NCBI GenBank assembly: GCA_016748015.1
Contig: JAAOMT010000671.1
Location: forward strand, 124,001-188,000
DNA length: 64,000 nt
Direction of reading: 5' to 3'
Source: Geosiphon pyriformis uo1
Lineage: Eukaryota; Fungi; Glomeromycota
In this document: positions 26,901 through 39,700 of the stretch, piece by piece
Position numbering within the stretch: position 1 is the stretch's first letter
How the letters are laid out: each line of letters opens with the position of its first letter
Made by a program: the position numbers and the translations under genes
The notes under the pieces: generated by a model
The model's input: the letters and a program-made list of their open reading frames with translations, nothing else
What the model was told of the DNA's origin: nothing
Database searches by the model: none

Positions 26901-29900
26901 AAAAAGGAAAAAAGAAAGAAAGGGAAAGTAAAAACACATAAAATCTCAACCCTACATATATTCCATACTTGGCACCACAACCACAAACCAGTTACTATTG
27001 ACCCAAGCTAGTATGTGTTGATTGTGGTAAGAAATTGTTGACAATGAACACATGCTGTAGCAACAATGAGGAATACCAAATGGCAACTAAGTTTTATTGC
27101 CACTCATGTGTTATTGAACACTTTAGAAGACCAAAACAAGTTGGAAAATAGGATAACAAACCATGTTTGACTTGTGGAGAAATTCTTCTAGATGAAAGAA
27201 TGTGGAATGACATTCCTGGGTAAGGAGGAACATGTAATAAATTATGTCAATACATGATTCTAATAAGTAACTGGGTTAGAAAAAAAACACCAATAGAAGC
27301 CACTTAAATAGATGTTCACATGATGATAATAAAATTTGGCAAATGACACTTGCCAAAATCAAAGGAGTGTTATATAAAGAAATAAGAACAATCAAAAACA
27401 ACTTACTAAAACTCATAAAACTAGACTGGAACCCAAAACCAATCATAAATTTTCTGAATTCAGAACAATTCCATGAACACTACCAAGAATTAGTGCTTAT
27501 GAGAAAAGAGCAAGAGCAATGCTTAGAGCAGCTGAACACTTGACTGTGTCAATACTGCTTAATCCCATGTGACTTCCAATATTGTAATAAGTGTAACCTT
27601 ATTTACAATTCACTATCATACATGATCTACACAATTCCAGAAGAAGACAAACCAATCAGCAGCTATGCATTAGAATCAGATTCAACTTTCAATTCCAATT
27701 TAAACTCTGACAATGACAACAACAAAAACAACAGTTCCAGTTCTGCTTAATATGACAACAAAAATAACAATAATTTGGATTCCAATTCAAATCCTGAAAC
27801 ATACATAGCACTTTTTAATCTCTTTAAAGAACAAGAACTCAGATGGTTCAGTAATAATAATGAAGGTATTATGCCAGAACATGTACATGATACCAATGCA
27901 GGGTTTGATCTGAGATATCCCAAAAAATATGCTATTAAATTAGAACCACATTCACACATCTGTATTGATCTTAAAATAGTACTAGAAATTCTAGCAACAA
28001 CAATGGTTCAACTAGCATCCAAGAATAGTTTAGCAAAAAAAGAAATCAACATCAAAGAAAGAATAATTGATACAGGATATATGAAAAATATCATTGCTAT
28101 GCTACAAAATAACTCGGAAAAGACCTATATTATAGAGCCAAACAAAAAGATAGCACAGACAATATTCCTGTTTCTGGTTAAAATAGCTCAATTAGTATCA
28201 ATGGAAAACAGGAAAGAATTAGGGATAACAGCAAGAGAAATACAAGAATTCAGATCAATAGGTAGAATAGATGTACTAATTAATATGGCAGAAAAAGAGG
28301 TTATTAACAAGAGAGAAATTATCTCTACCCATCAATCAATTTCTATTCCACCATATGACTAGTATATAGTAACTATAGAGAGAAAAGTAAAGAATCAGGT
28401 TCAGATTTTTGAGGCAGAAGCATATCAACCAAGAACTACAGTTACATAAAAATTCCCATTTACAACAACATGGGAAATGTTATTAAGATACCAGAAGAAA
28501 CTACCATTGGATACTTAACCACTAAAATTGAAGACCAACTGCCAGACACTATTCTAGACTTTCCACAACTTTGCAGATATGTGGATATTACATCTCAAAC
28601 AATATACAGACAAGAAGAATGTTATCTGCTCTAACCAAAACAATTAGAACAGATAAACTTGAGAAATTTAGACCCACTACAATGTATACAGCTTAAAATG
28701 TTACTCAACAATTTCAACAACATATTTGCCAGCAAAAATGAATTTGGCAGAACTAACATTATTCAACATCAGATAAAAACTGGGGACACAATGCCAATAA
28801 AAAGCAAAGAGCATACAGAATACCACCAGCCAGCCATGAAATCATTTGTCAAGAAATTAACCAAATGCTTGACAACAGGTTAATTCAGCCATCAATGAGC
28901 CTATGGTCATCACCAGTAGTATTAATCTGTAAGAAAAATGGAAAAATCCATTTTTGTGTGGATTACCAAAAACTGAATGGACTAACAAAAGGAGATAGCT
29001 ACCCAACTCCAAAGATCCAAGAACTTTTTGATGCTTTTGAAGAAAAGAAATGGTTTTTAACTTTAGACTTAAACAGTGGTTACTGACAAGTAGCTATAAA
29101 ACCAGAAGATAAAAAGAAAACAGCTTTTACAACTCAAGAAAAAAATTTCGAATTTAAAGTGATGCCATTTGGCTTAATGAATGCTCCAGCCACTTTCCAA
29201 TAACTTATAGAAATTGTTTATACTGGGCTACTATAGAAATTAATAGTCATATACTTAGATAATATCAATGTGTTCTCAAAAACATTTGATGATCACTTGC
29301 ATTATTTCTAACAAGTATTTGAAAGACTAAGAAGAGCTGAATTGAAGCTAAATGCCACCAAGTGTTTTTTTGGAAAAACAGAACTCAAGTTTTTGGAACA
29401 TGTTGTGAACAAAGATGGTATCAAAACAGATTCAGATAAGATTGAGATTGTTAAAAACTTTCCAGTACTCACCAACTTGACTGAATTATGAGCATTCTTG
29501 GGATTTGTAGGATACTACTATTGCTTTATCAAAAACTTTTCCAAAATAGCTTAACCACTACACCAAATACAAATAGACTAAAATCCAACAAAAAGTCTTT
29601 GACACACTAAGAAGAAAACTTATTCAAGCCCCAATATTAATCTATCCAAATTACAGCAAACCATTTATCATCACTACCAATGCATCAGACCAAGTATTGG
29701 GAGCAGTACTATTGCAGAGAGGACCAGAGGAAAGAAAACATCCAGTAGCTTATACCAGTAAAAACTTAAGTTCAGCTGAAAAAAACTATGAAACTCTAGT
29801 ACTGGAACACTTGGCTATATATTGGGCTGTCATTAAATGAAAAAAATACTTAAGTTAAAAGTTTGATGTATACACTAATCACAAAGTATTGACTTCAATC

Positions 29901-30035
29901 CAGAAGCAAGAATTTGGAAACAATTGCTATGCCAGATAGAAAATAGAACTTTCACTATTTAATTATATAGTACATTACAAAAAAAGAAAAGAAAATGGAA
30001 ATGCTAACAGATTGTCACAAATAAGACAAATCTAA
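23930..30035 (+). pseudogene. C gag-pol with Cys-rich domain and dUTPase (~27840-28265)
   Basis: MAYTPIAKLKKF 24890; CHYCGKQRH; LILDSGSA; NAGFDLRYP; FCVDYQKLN; MPFGLMNAP; ends LSQIRQI*. Confidence 0.9.
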
Positions 30036-30067
30036 AAACATTTTCAACCCAAAAATATAACAAAAAA

Positions 30068-31444
30068 ATGAATATACAAAAATACCAACAACTCCAATAT
30101 TATATAAATATCCAATTGTTCAAGAAAAAATTATCTCAAAAAGAACAAAACAACATAAAACAGTAATCAAAATATTTTATTAACCATCAAAATATACTTT
30201 ACTGGAAGAACAAAAAAAATTCAGATCAATCAACCAAAGTAATCACAGAACCAGAGAAAGAGACAATATTATTCAACATGCACTCAGATCCAACAGCAGG
30301 ACATTTCTATAAAGAAGCAACCATAGAAAGAACCAAAAAAAGATACTATTGGCCATCAATATATTTGAATATTATCTAATATGTGCAAAATTGTGATGCT
30401 TGTCAGAGAAGAAAAGAAACAAAATCCAATAAACCATTAAGACCAATTAAAGTGAGACAATTATTTAATCATATTAGAATTAACTTAGTTGGATCATTAA
30501 CAATCACCAGCAAAGGCAACAGATATATTGCAGTAGCCATAAATTATCTCACAAAATGGCCAGAAGCAAAAGTCATTCAAAGAGTAGATGCAGAATTTAT
30601 TGCCAAATTTGTTCATCAAGATTTGATCTGTTAACACAAATGTCCAAAAAAACTACTATTAGATCAAGAAACTCATTTTGTGAATAGAAAATTGGCAGAA
30701 TTAAGTCAAAAATTTGGAATAAAAAGACTATTATTATTACCATACCATCTACAAACAAATGGATTAGTTGAAAAGTTTAACAGAACATTGTGTAAAGTCA
30801 TTGCCAAAATCAGCCAAAAAAACCAGGATGAATAGGATTTGATTATACTATTAGTATTATTTACTTATTGGACAATAAAGTAAGACATGACACAAGCAAC
30901 ACTATTTAAACTAGTATATAATAGAACAGCAATCTTACCAGTTGAGATAGAAGTCAAAACATATTTAGCAGAACCAATAACAGAAGAGAATTTTCAAAAA
31001 ACATTGTTGAAAAGAACATATGATGTAATAGAAACACTAGAAAATACATGGTGAAAAGCAGCTAATAACATCCAAAAGTCACAAAAAAAACAAAAAAAAA
31101 GACATGATAATCAACTACTAAATAAACCAGTCAAATTTAGGATTGAAAACAAAGTACTTTTACATTATACCAAAGCAAAAAAACAATGGAGTGGAAAATT
31201 TGATCCCAAATAGAACAGACCATTTTACATAAAGGAAATTCTTGGAAATGGAGCTTATAAACTAAGATAGGACAACAAAATCTTAGCCAAAGCAGCACAT
31301 AGTGATTAACTGAAACCATATCACCATATAGTGTCACCATCTATCAGTGATATTCCACAATTAGAAGTACAGAAAATACTAATCCAACCAAATAAAATTC
31401 CATGAGATTTAAAACCAATTATAATCATTGAACCAAATATGTAA
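30068..31444 (+). pseudogene. C integrase (own ATG)
   Basis: MNIQKYQQLQYYI; MHSDPTAGH, CDACQ, YLTKWPEA. Confidence 0.88.
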
Positions 31445-31504
31445 AATTAAACAACCACAAGAATATATAAAGACACAGTATATATGACAAAAGACAACAG
31501 AAAA

Positions 31505-32134
31505 ATAGAAATTACTAATGGCATTTACTTACTAGTACAACAACTTTTTCAACTGATTCAACAACAAGAAATGGAAATTACAATCAACTAATAAACTATC
31601 AAATACACAAACATCAGAAAAAAACCATGAGATAAAATATGAAGAAAAACAGAAAACACTGTGGATAAAATAATCACAAAAGTGAAATTGGCAATAGAAA
31701 TACAACCAAAAGTCATCTACTATCAAGAGTTAACTATAGAAACTTGGAATTAGTGGATACAACAATTTCTGAGAAACTTTTGTTACTTTTATTTGGAACA
31801 ACCCTTGAACATTTAGGGCTTGTATATGGATAAAACAAAATGATTATTTAACACAACAATACTGCAACAACTGGAACAATTTGTGGGGAAGAACAATTTG
31901 ACCACACAAGCAAAAGCCATTTATTGACTACACATTGGATTTCAAGATCGACCAGAAATCTTACTCAATCCAGAAATGAACTCTATTATCATTAACCAAA
32001 TAGGAAAAATAACCAATGCTCAATTTGAAGAAGTACAGAACAAGATAGCACAGATAATTCTTGAAAAAAAAGTTCAAGAAATACTCAAAGACAGAGAACT
32101 AGAATTAGGAGATCTTGATAGAACTTAATATTAA
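31505..32134 (+). pseudogene. C ORF3
   Basis: TATATAAA 31464; start ATA (ATG in F); PEILLNPEMNSIIINQIGKIT. Confidence 0.68.
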
Positions 32135-32148
32135 AAAGGAAGAAATAA

Positions 32149-32999
32149 TATTACTTATAGAATATAAGAAGTATATTAGCATATAAATTAGCCAATCAGA
32201 AGTAGCCGTAGTAAATGTGAAATTCCAAGATTCCTCTTAAAGAAATTGCAGAATTCCAGAAATTTCAGAATTCTTGTACAAGGAATTGCAAAATTCCAGA
32301 ATTTCAAGCTTCCTCTTAAAAGAATTGCAGAATTTCTGGTGTAAAAAATTGAGAAATTGAGAAATCTCAATTATGTATATATATTAGTAGTATTAGAAAT
32401 AGAAAAGACAGACCTCTCAGTTTAGATCTAATCTAAAAAACCTTCCATTTACAAATATCAATAAAATAATTATTCTCTATTTTAAATCTACTCTCCACTA
32501 TCAACACTTTATGTTGATAGTAATTGATACTTAACTACACTAGAACAATAGCTTTTAATTACGGCTATTGACAGAATACCAACTTTTATTGCCTTGGTTT
32601 ATTTCCTTATTTTTTTTTATTTTTTTTATTTTTTTTTTTATTTCTTTATTATGTACTAATTAATTAAAGAATTAAAGTGCTGAGTTATTGATGTCAAAGA
32701 TAAGCCTGATAAAAGACCTCAAAGAAAGGGTATAACATTGAAAATTTTAAAATAGCTTATCAGAAGGGCATCTCTGCCAGATTACTGGCCATTACACTGA
32801 GAAAAAAATTTGACAGAATTGCAATTCTGGGAGGCTATTGAGAAGACAACAAATAAATTTCTGTTCATTATACAAAGGACTCAACAAACAAAAACCTTCA
32901 GATATAAACAACCTTCAGAAATCAACATTATTATATCCATTAAACACCAAGTTATGGATTTGTTATTTGATTTGAGACCCCAAATAATTATCTGTAACA
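32149..32999 (+). repeat. 3' LTR of C (GGAATTCC-rich U3 array)
   Basis: Repeat of the joined 13087-13519/23425-23867. Confidence 0.93.
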
Positions 33000-33743
33000 G
33001 CAGTTTCTTGATAAGTTTATGTGAGTATAATCATTCTCAGCCACTAATTATTTCTTCTGTGGTTGTGTTTTCTTTGGGTTTATTTTCTTTTTTTTCTTTT
33101 TTTTTGTCATCCCAAGAAAGTACTGGTAGCAATTCATTGTGATTGATGTTAGTCCATGAGACTTGGTAGGCTTCCCAGGTAGGTTTTTTTTTTTTTCGAA
33201 TTCTATAAGTGGTATTAGTGTTGTGTTCATTTAAAAATGGCCGCACATGACTGGTACTCATGTGTGTTGACTGTTCTAACTGAGTTAAAGCTCTTGTGTG
33301 GTCCAATCAAGCACTGCATTGGTTTTAAACAACCAATTATTGCCAACTAGTGCTTAGTATTGTGTGGCTTCTATCATTAAGACTTTGATAAGAGTAAAGA
33401 TGCCATTGATTTTAAATGAAAAGTTATTAATTTCACTGATTGGAATTTTGGTGGCTCTATCAGCTATAATTATTTTAGCACTAATGGTGTGATCAATTTG
33501 GTGACTTAATTGGTCCATGAATTGTTGGGTAATTATGCTGCCAGCTGATCTATTATTTAGGATTAGTTTAATGGAATGACCATTAACTTTGATATCAGTG
33601 TATATCGCAGTAATAAGTTTATTGTTAAGAGTGATTCTACTAAATAATAAAACTAGAGCAATTTTTTCAAGTTCAAAAAAGAATATGGCAGCAAGAGTTT
33701 TGTTTTTAGTATTGATAACTGGTAGAATGTTGCTGGTAGGTGG

Positions 33744-34591
33744 TGTTATAGATGATTATTTGGAGTCTCAAATCAAATAACAAATCCATAACTTGGTGCT
33801 TGGTATGTTGATAATGCTGGTAATACCAATATGTTAGTTGTATCTGAAGATTTTAGGGTGGAGTTCTTTGTATAATGGACAGAGATTTAATTGATGGTTT
33901 TATCTATAGCTTCCTGAAACTGCAGTTTTGTCAAATTTTTTTCTCAGCATGGTGGCTGGTAATCCTTTTGGTAAGCTATCCTCAAATCTATAAGTGTTTT
34001 ACCTTTGTTTCACAGGTCTTTTACCAGCCTCTATAACGTCTGTATTTCAGCACTTAATTCTTAATCAATTTAGCAAAACCAAAGAAATAACAAAGAAATA
34101 AAAAAAATAAAAGAAAATAAAAAAACAAATAAAAGCAATTGCAAGTTAGTATTCCGTCAATAGCCATAATTAAGAGCTATTGTTCCAGTGTAGTTAAGTA
34201 TCAATTACTATCAACATGAAGTGTTGATAGTGGAAAATGGATTAAGATAGTAAATAATTATTTATTGATATTTGTGAATTGGAAAAGTTGCTTCAATGAA
34301 ATTTAAACTGAAAGGTTTGTCTTTTCTACTTCTAATGTTACCATTATATATACATAATTTGGGTTCTATAAGATTGCTCATATTCTCGAGCGATGTGCTA
34401 TAATTTCTCAAGCAATGCTCACATTGCTGAGCAATATGCCATATTTTCTTGACATTGTTCCATATTGCTGAGTAATGTGCCATGATTTCTGACATTGTTC
34501 CACATTGCTGAACAATGTGTTTACGTGCTAATTATTACTCTCTTATTGGTCTTCTATTTTTTTTATATCTGTTTTCTTTTTATGAGTAACA
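33744..34591 (-). repeat. 3' LTR of F
   Basis: Direct repeat of 42856-43690. Confidence 0.93.
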
Positions 34592-34605
34592 TTATCTCCT
34601 CCTTT

Positions 34606-35240
34606 TTAATATTGAGCTCTGTCAAAATCTTTGTTTTGAATTAATTCTAATACTTCTTTTTTAAGTATTGTTTGTTTGACTCTGTTTCTTATGTTTTCTA
34701 CTTGTGTTTTGTTCATTCTTCCCCATTGGTTAATGGTTATGGTTTCCATGTCAGAGTGTAACAGTATTTCTGGATAGTTCCAAAATATGTTGTATAGTCA
34801 GTACATTGTTTTAATGTGTAGTGTTGAATTTGTTTTCTTTCTGATAAATTCTTTAATTTGTTGTATTATGTCTTGATTGAATATTCTCTTGGATTTGTTG
34901 ATATACAACTCTTGAATATTCAACTTTTGACCTAATTGGTAATAGCAATATGATATTAGAAGTCGTTTTGTTTATTGTTTTCAATTTTTTTTGTAAGCTC
35001 TTCTGTTGGTGCCATAATAAGTATTTTTCCAAAAGTGTTCTTCACTTTTTCTATTAAGTTATCTGTCCAGTTTTTATCATTTTTTGGTGGCCACTGATAT
35101 GGTGTATTCTTTGTCTTTCTTTAAGTGTTTCGATAACAAATTATTTGGTTGTAAATAACAATTTCCATGTCTAATTGTTGTTTACTTAAGACTTGAAACA
35201 ATTGTTAAGCTATAGTGTGAATATGATCTGATATTTCCAT
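34606..35240 (-). pseudogene. F ORF3
   Basis: MEISDHIHTIA...CYYQLGQKL...LYNIFWNYPEILLH...DFDRAQY*; TATATAAA 42 nt upstream. Confidence 0.7.
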
Positions 35241-35295
35241 TTTTCTTGGTTGCTTTTGTCATGTGTACTGTGTCTTTATATACTCTTTTGATTGT

Positions 35296-36678
35296 TCAAT
35301 TTGATGTGTTTGGTTCAATAACTATGATTGGTTTCAGATCTCATGGAATCTTATCTGGCTAAACTAGTATTCTTTGTACTCCCAGTTGTGGAATGTTATT
35401 GGTGAATGATGATGCTATCTGGTAATATGGTTTCAGTCAATCCCTATGTGCTGCTTTGACTAAGATTTTGTTGTTTCATCTTAATTTATAAGCTCTATTT
35501 CCAAGAATTTCTCCTATGTGAAATGGTCCATCTCATTTGGAGTCAAATTTTCTATTTCATTGTTTTTCTGCTTTGGTACAATGTAATAGTACTTTGTCTC
35601 CAATCTTGAATTCAACTGGTTTATCTGGTAGTTGGTTATCATGTCATTTTTTTTGCTTTTCTTATGACTTTTGGATATTATCAGCTGTTTTTTGTCATTT
35701 GTTTTCTAGTGTTTTCATTAAGTCATATGTTTTTCTCAACAATGTTTCTGGGAAATTATCTTCTGTTATTGGTTCAGTTGAATATGTATTGACCTCTATC
35801 TTAACTGATAATGTTGCTGTTCTACCATATACCAATTCAAATGGTGTTGCTTGTGTGGTATCTTGCTTCATTGTCTAATAAGCAAATAATACTGATGGTA
35901 TAAACAAATTCCATTCCTTTTGATTTTCTTAGCTGATTTTTGCAATTGCTTCACACAGTGTTCTATTGAATCTTTCTATTAATCCATTGGTTTATGAATA
36001 GTATGGTGATAACAATGGTCTTTTAATTTCAAATCTTTGACTTAATTCTGTCAATGTTCTGTTTACAAAGTAGGTTTTTTGATCTGATAATAGTTCTTTT
36101 GGACATCTATGTTGACAGATTAAATCTTGATGAATGAATTCAGCAATGAATTCTACATCTGCTCTTTGAATAGCTTTTGCTTCTGGCCATTTTGTGAAAT
36201 AGTCTATGGCTACTGCAATATATCTGTTGCCTCTGCTGGTGATTGTTAATGGTCCTACCAAGTCAATTCCAATATAGTTGAATGGTTGTTTCACTTTGAT
36301 TGGTCTTAATGATTCACTGGGTTTTGTTTCATCTCTTCTTTGACAAACATCACAACTTTGAATATATTGAATAATATCTGAATACATTGATGGCCAATAG
36401 TATCTTTTTCTGGTTCTTTCTATGATTGCTTCTTTATGAAAATGTTCTGCTGTTGGATCTGAATACATGTTAAATAGTATTGTCTCTTTTTCTGGTTTAG
36501 TGATTACTTTGGTTGGTTGATCTGGATTTCTTCTGTTCTTTTGGTAAAGTACATTTTAATGGTTGATAAAATATTTTGATTGTTGTTTTATGTTCTTTTG
36601 TTCCTTTTGAGATAATTTCTCCTTGAACAATTGAGTATTTATATAATGTTGTAGTTGTTGGTATTTTTTAATATTCAT
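35296..36678 (-). pseudogene. F integrase (own ATG)
   Basis: MNIKKYQQLQHYI; CDVCQ; IGIDLVGP; DYFTKWPEA. Confidence 0.88.
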
Positions 36679-36707
36679 CTTTTGTTATATTTTTGGATTG
36701 AAATGTT

Positions 36708-39700
36708 TTAGATTTGTCTTATTTGTGACAAACTGTTGGCATTTCCATTGTTTTTTCTCTTTTTATAATATACTGTATAATTAAATAGTAAAAGTTCTAT
36801 TTTCCATCTGGTATAGCAATCATCTCCAAATTTTTGTTTCTAGATTAAAATCAATTCTTTGTGATTAGTGTATACATCGAACTTCTGACTCAAGTATTTT
36901 TTCTATTTGATAACAGCCTAATAAATAGTTAAGTGTTCTAGTACTGGAGTTCCATAGTTTTTTTCCACTGGACTTAAGCTTCTACTGGCATAAGCTATTA
37001 GATGTTCTCTTCCATTCGGTCTTCTTTGTGATAGTACTGCTCCCAACACTTGACCAGATACATCAGTGGTAATCATAAATAGTTTGCTGTGATCTGGATA
37101 CATCAATATTGGAGCTTGAATAAGCTTTCTTCTTAATGTGTTGAATGCTTTTTGTTGAGTTTTGGTCTATTCATATTTCACATTCTTGGTTTGTAGATGG
37201 TGAAATGGCTGAGCCAATTTCGAAAAGTCTTTGATAAAGTGGCAATAATAGCCTGCGAATCCCAAAAATGCCCTTAGTTCTATTAAGTTGGTTGGTACTA
37301 AAAAGTTCTTAACTACTTCAATCTTGTCTGGATCTGTTTTGATTCCATTTTTGCTCACCACATGTCCCAAAAACTTGAGTTCAGTTTTTTCAAAGAAATA
37401 TTTGGTTGCATTTAGTTTCAATTCAGCTTTTTTTAATCTTTCAAACACTTGTTGAAGATGATACAGATGATCATTAAATGTTTTTGAAAACACATTGGTG
37501 TTATCCAAGTATACAACTACTGATTTCTATAGTAATCTAGTATAAACAATTTCCATAAGCCATTGAAATGTTGCTGGAGCATTCATCAAGCCAAATGGCA
37601 TAACTTCAAACTCAAAATTTCCCTTTCTTGTAATAAATGTTGTTTTCTCTTTGTTAGCTGGATTTATGGCTACTTGTCAGTAACCACTATCTAAATCTAG
37701 TGTTGAAAACCATTTATTTCCCCCAAAAGCATCAAATAGTTCTTGGATCTTTGGAGTTGGATAACTATTATCTTTGGTTACTTCATTCAGTTTTTGATAA
37801 TTCACACAAAAACGGATCTTTCTATTCTTCTTCTGGACTAGTACCACTGGTAATGACCATGGACTCATTGATGGCTGAATTAGCCTATTGTCAAGCATCT
37901 GATTGATTTCTTAATGAATGATCTTATGACTAGCTGATAGTACTCTGTATGCTCTTTGCTTAATTGGCATTGTATTTCTGATGCTGGATGATATTGGTGT
38001 GGCCAAATTCATTTTCGCTAGCAAAAATGTCATTAAAATTGCTAAGTAATATCTTTAGTTGCATCTGTTGGAGTGGGTTTAGATTTTTCATGTTTATCTG
38101 TTCCAATTGTTCTGGTTGGAGCAGATAACATTTACTTCATCTATAGATGATTTGTAATGTAATATCCACATATTTACAAAGTTATGGCAAATCTGGAATG
38201 TGGTTTGGTGGTTGATCCTCAACTTTGGTGGTTAAATATTCAATGATGGTTCTCTTTGGTATTTCAATAACACTTTCTGTTGTATTGTAGATGGGAATTT
38301 TGATGTTTTTGGGGCTTTTGGCTGATATGTAGAGATTAGTGAGTTCAATCTTTTCTAATTTGCAAATGGTGGCTTCTGCTTTAAACAATTGAGCTTGATT
38401 TTTTACTTTTCTTTTTATGGTTAACATATACTGGTCATATGGTGGAATGGAAATTGATTAACAGGTTGAGATAATTTCTCTTTTGTTAATAACTTTTTCT
38501 TCTGTCATATTAATTGGTACATCTATTCTACCTATTGATCCAAATCTCTATATTCCTTTAGCTATGATCCTTAATTCTTCTCTGTTTCTTCCTGATATTA
38601 ACTGTGCTACTTTCACCAGAGATAGGAATATTGCCTGGACTATCTTTTTGTTTGGGTCTATGGTATATGCTTTTTTTGAGTCATTTTGTAGCATTGCAAT
38701 GATATTTCCTACATATCCTGTATTAATTATTCCTCTTCTAATGTTGATTCTTTTTTTAGCTAAGCTACTCTTTGATGCTAATTGTACCATTGTTGTTGCT
38801 AGAATTTCCAGTGCTATTTTGAGATCAATATAAGTGTGCGAATATGGTTCCAATTTGATGAGATATTTTCCTGGATATCTCAGATTAAACCCTGCATCAG
38901 TATCATGCACACATTTTGACATAATATCTTTATTATTGTTACTATACTATTTGAGTTCCTGCTTCTTGGAGAGATTAGAAAGCGCGATGTATATTTCAGG
39001 GTTTGAATCAGAGTTTGAATCATTGATATTTTTGTTGCCCTTTTGAATAGAGTTAGAACTGTTATTTTTGTTATCATCATTGTCAGAGTTTGAATCAGAA
39101 TTGAAAATTGATTCTGAGTTTGATGTGCAGCTGCTCATTGGTTTATCTTCTTCAAAAATCATGTAGATTATGCGTGGTGGTAGATTGTAAATGAGGTCAC
39201 ACTCATTATAATATTGAAAATCACATGAGATTAAGCAATATTGACATAATCGGATGTTCAACTGCTCTAAATACTGCTCCTGTTCTTTTCTAGTGGGTGC
39301 TAAACATTGATAATGTTTATGGAATTTTTTTGGGTTATCTTTAATGTTGCCAAAGACATCAAAAGTTTGGACGTATTCAGATTCAGGAAGAGATAAAGGA
39401 TTGTTTTTGATTTCCAGGAGTTTGCTGGTTGTCACACCTTCTGCTTTTGCATACGCCATTCTCCAAAGTTTATGTTTATCATGGGGATATTCTTCCAATT
39501 GTCACAACACTTGTTTTTAAACATTGTCAATTGGTGTGCCTTTGCATACTCAATTATTAATTAGGATTGTATACTGACACATTTCATCACACATTCCTTT
39601 TCATCCAGAAATGTTGTTTCACATTCCTTCATCTGGAAGAGTTTTTTCACAAGTCAAGCATAATTCATTGTTCCATTTTTCAACTTGTTTTGGTCTTCCA

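Larger units (their letters stand above)
13087..32999 (+). mobile_element. Full-length degenerate dUTPase-bearing Ty3/gypsy element C (5' LTR split by D)
   Basis: 5' LTR 13087-13519 + 23425-23867; PBS 23870; PPT 32133-32148; 3' LTR 32149-32999; gag-PR-Cys-dUTPase-RT-RH, IN, ORF3. Confidence 0.93.

Noticed and set aside
32691-33142. Protein-coding ORF in LTR U5 reading into gag (ORFs 32810, 7665)
   Set aside because: Indels between the S, C, E and F LTRs in this region are not multiples of three
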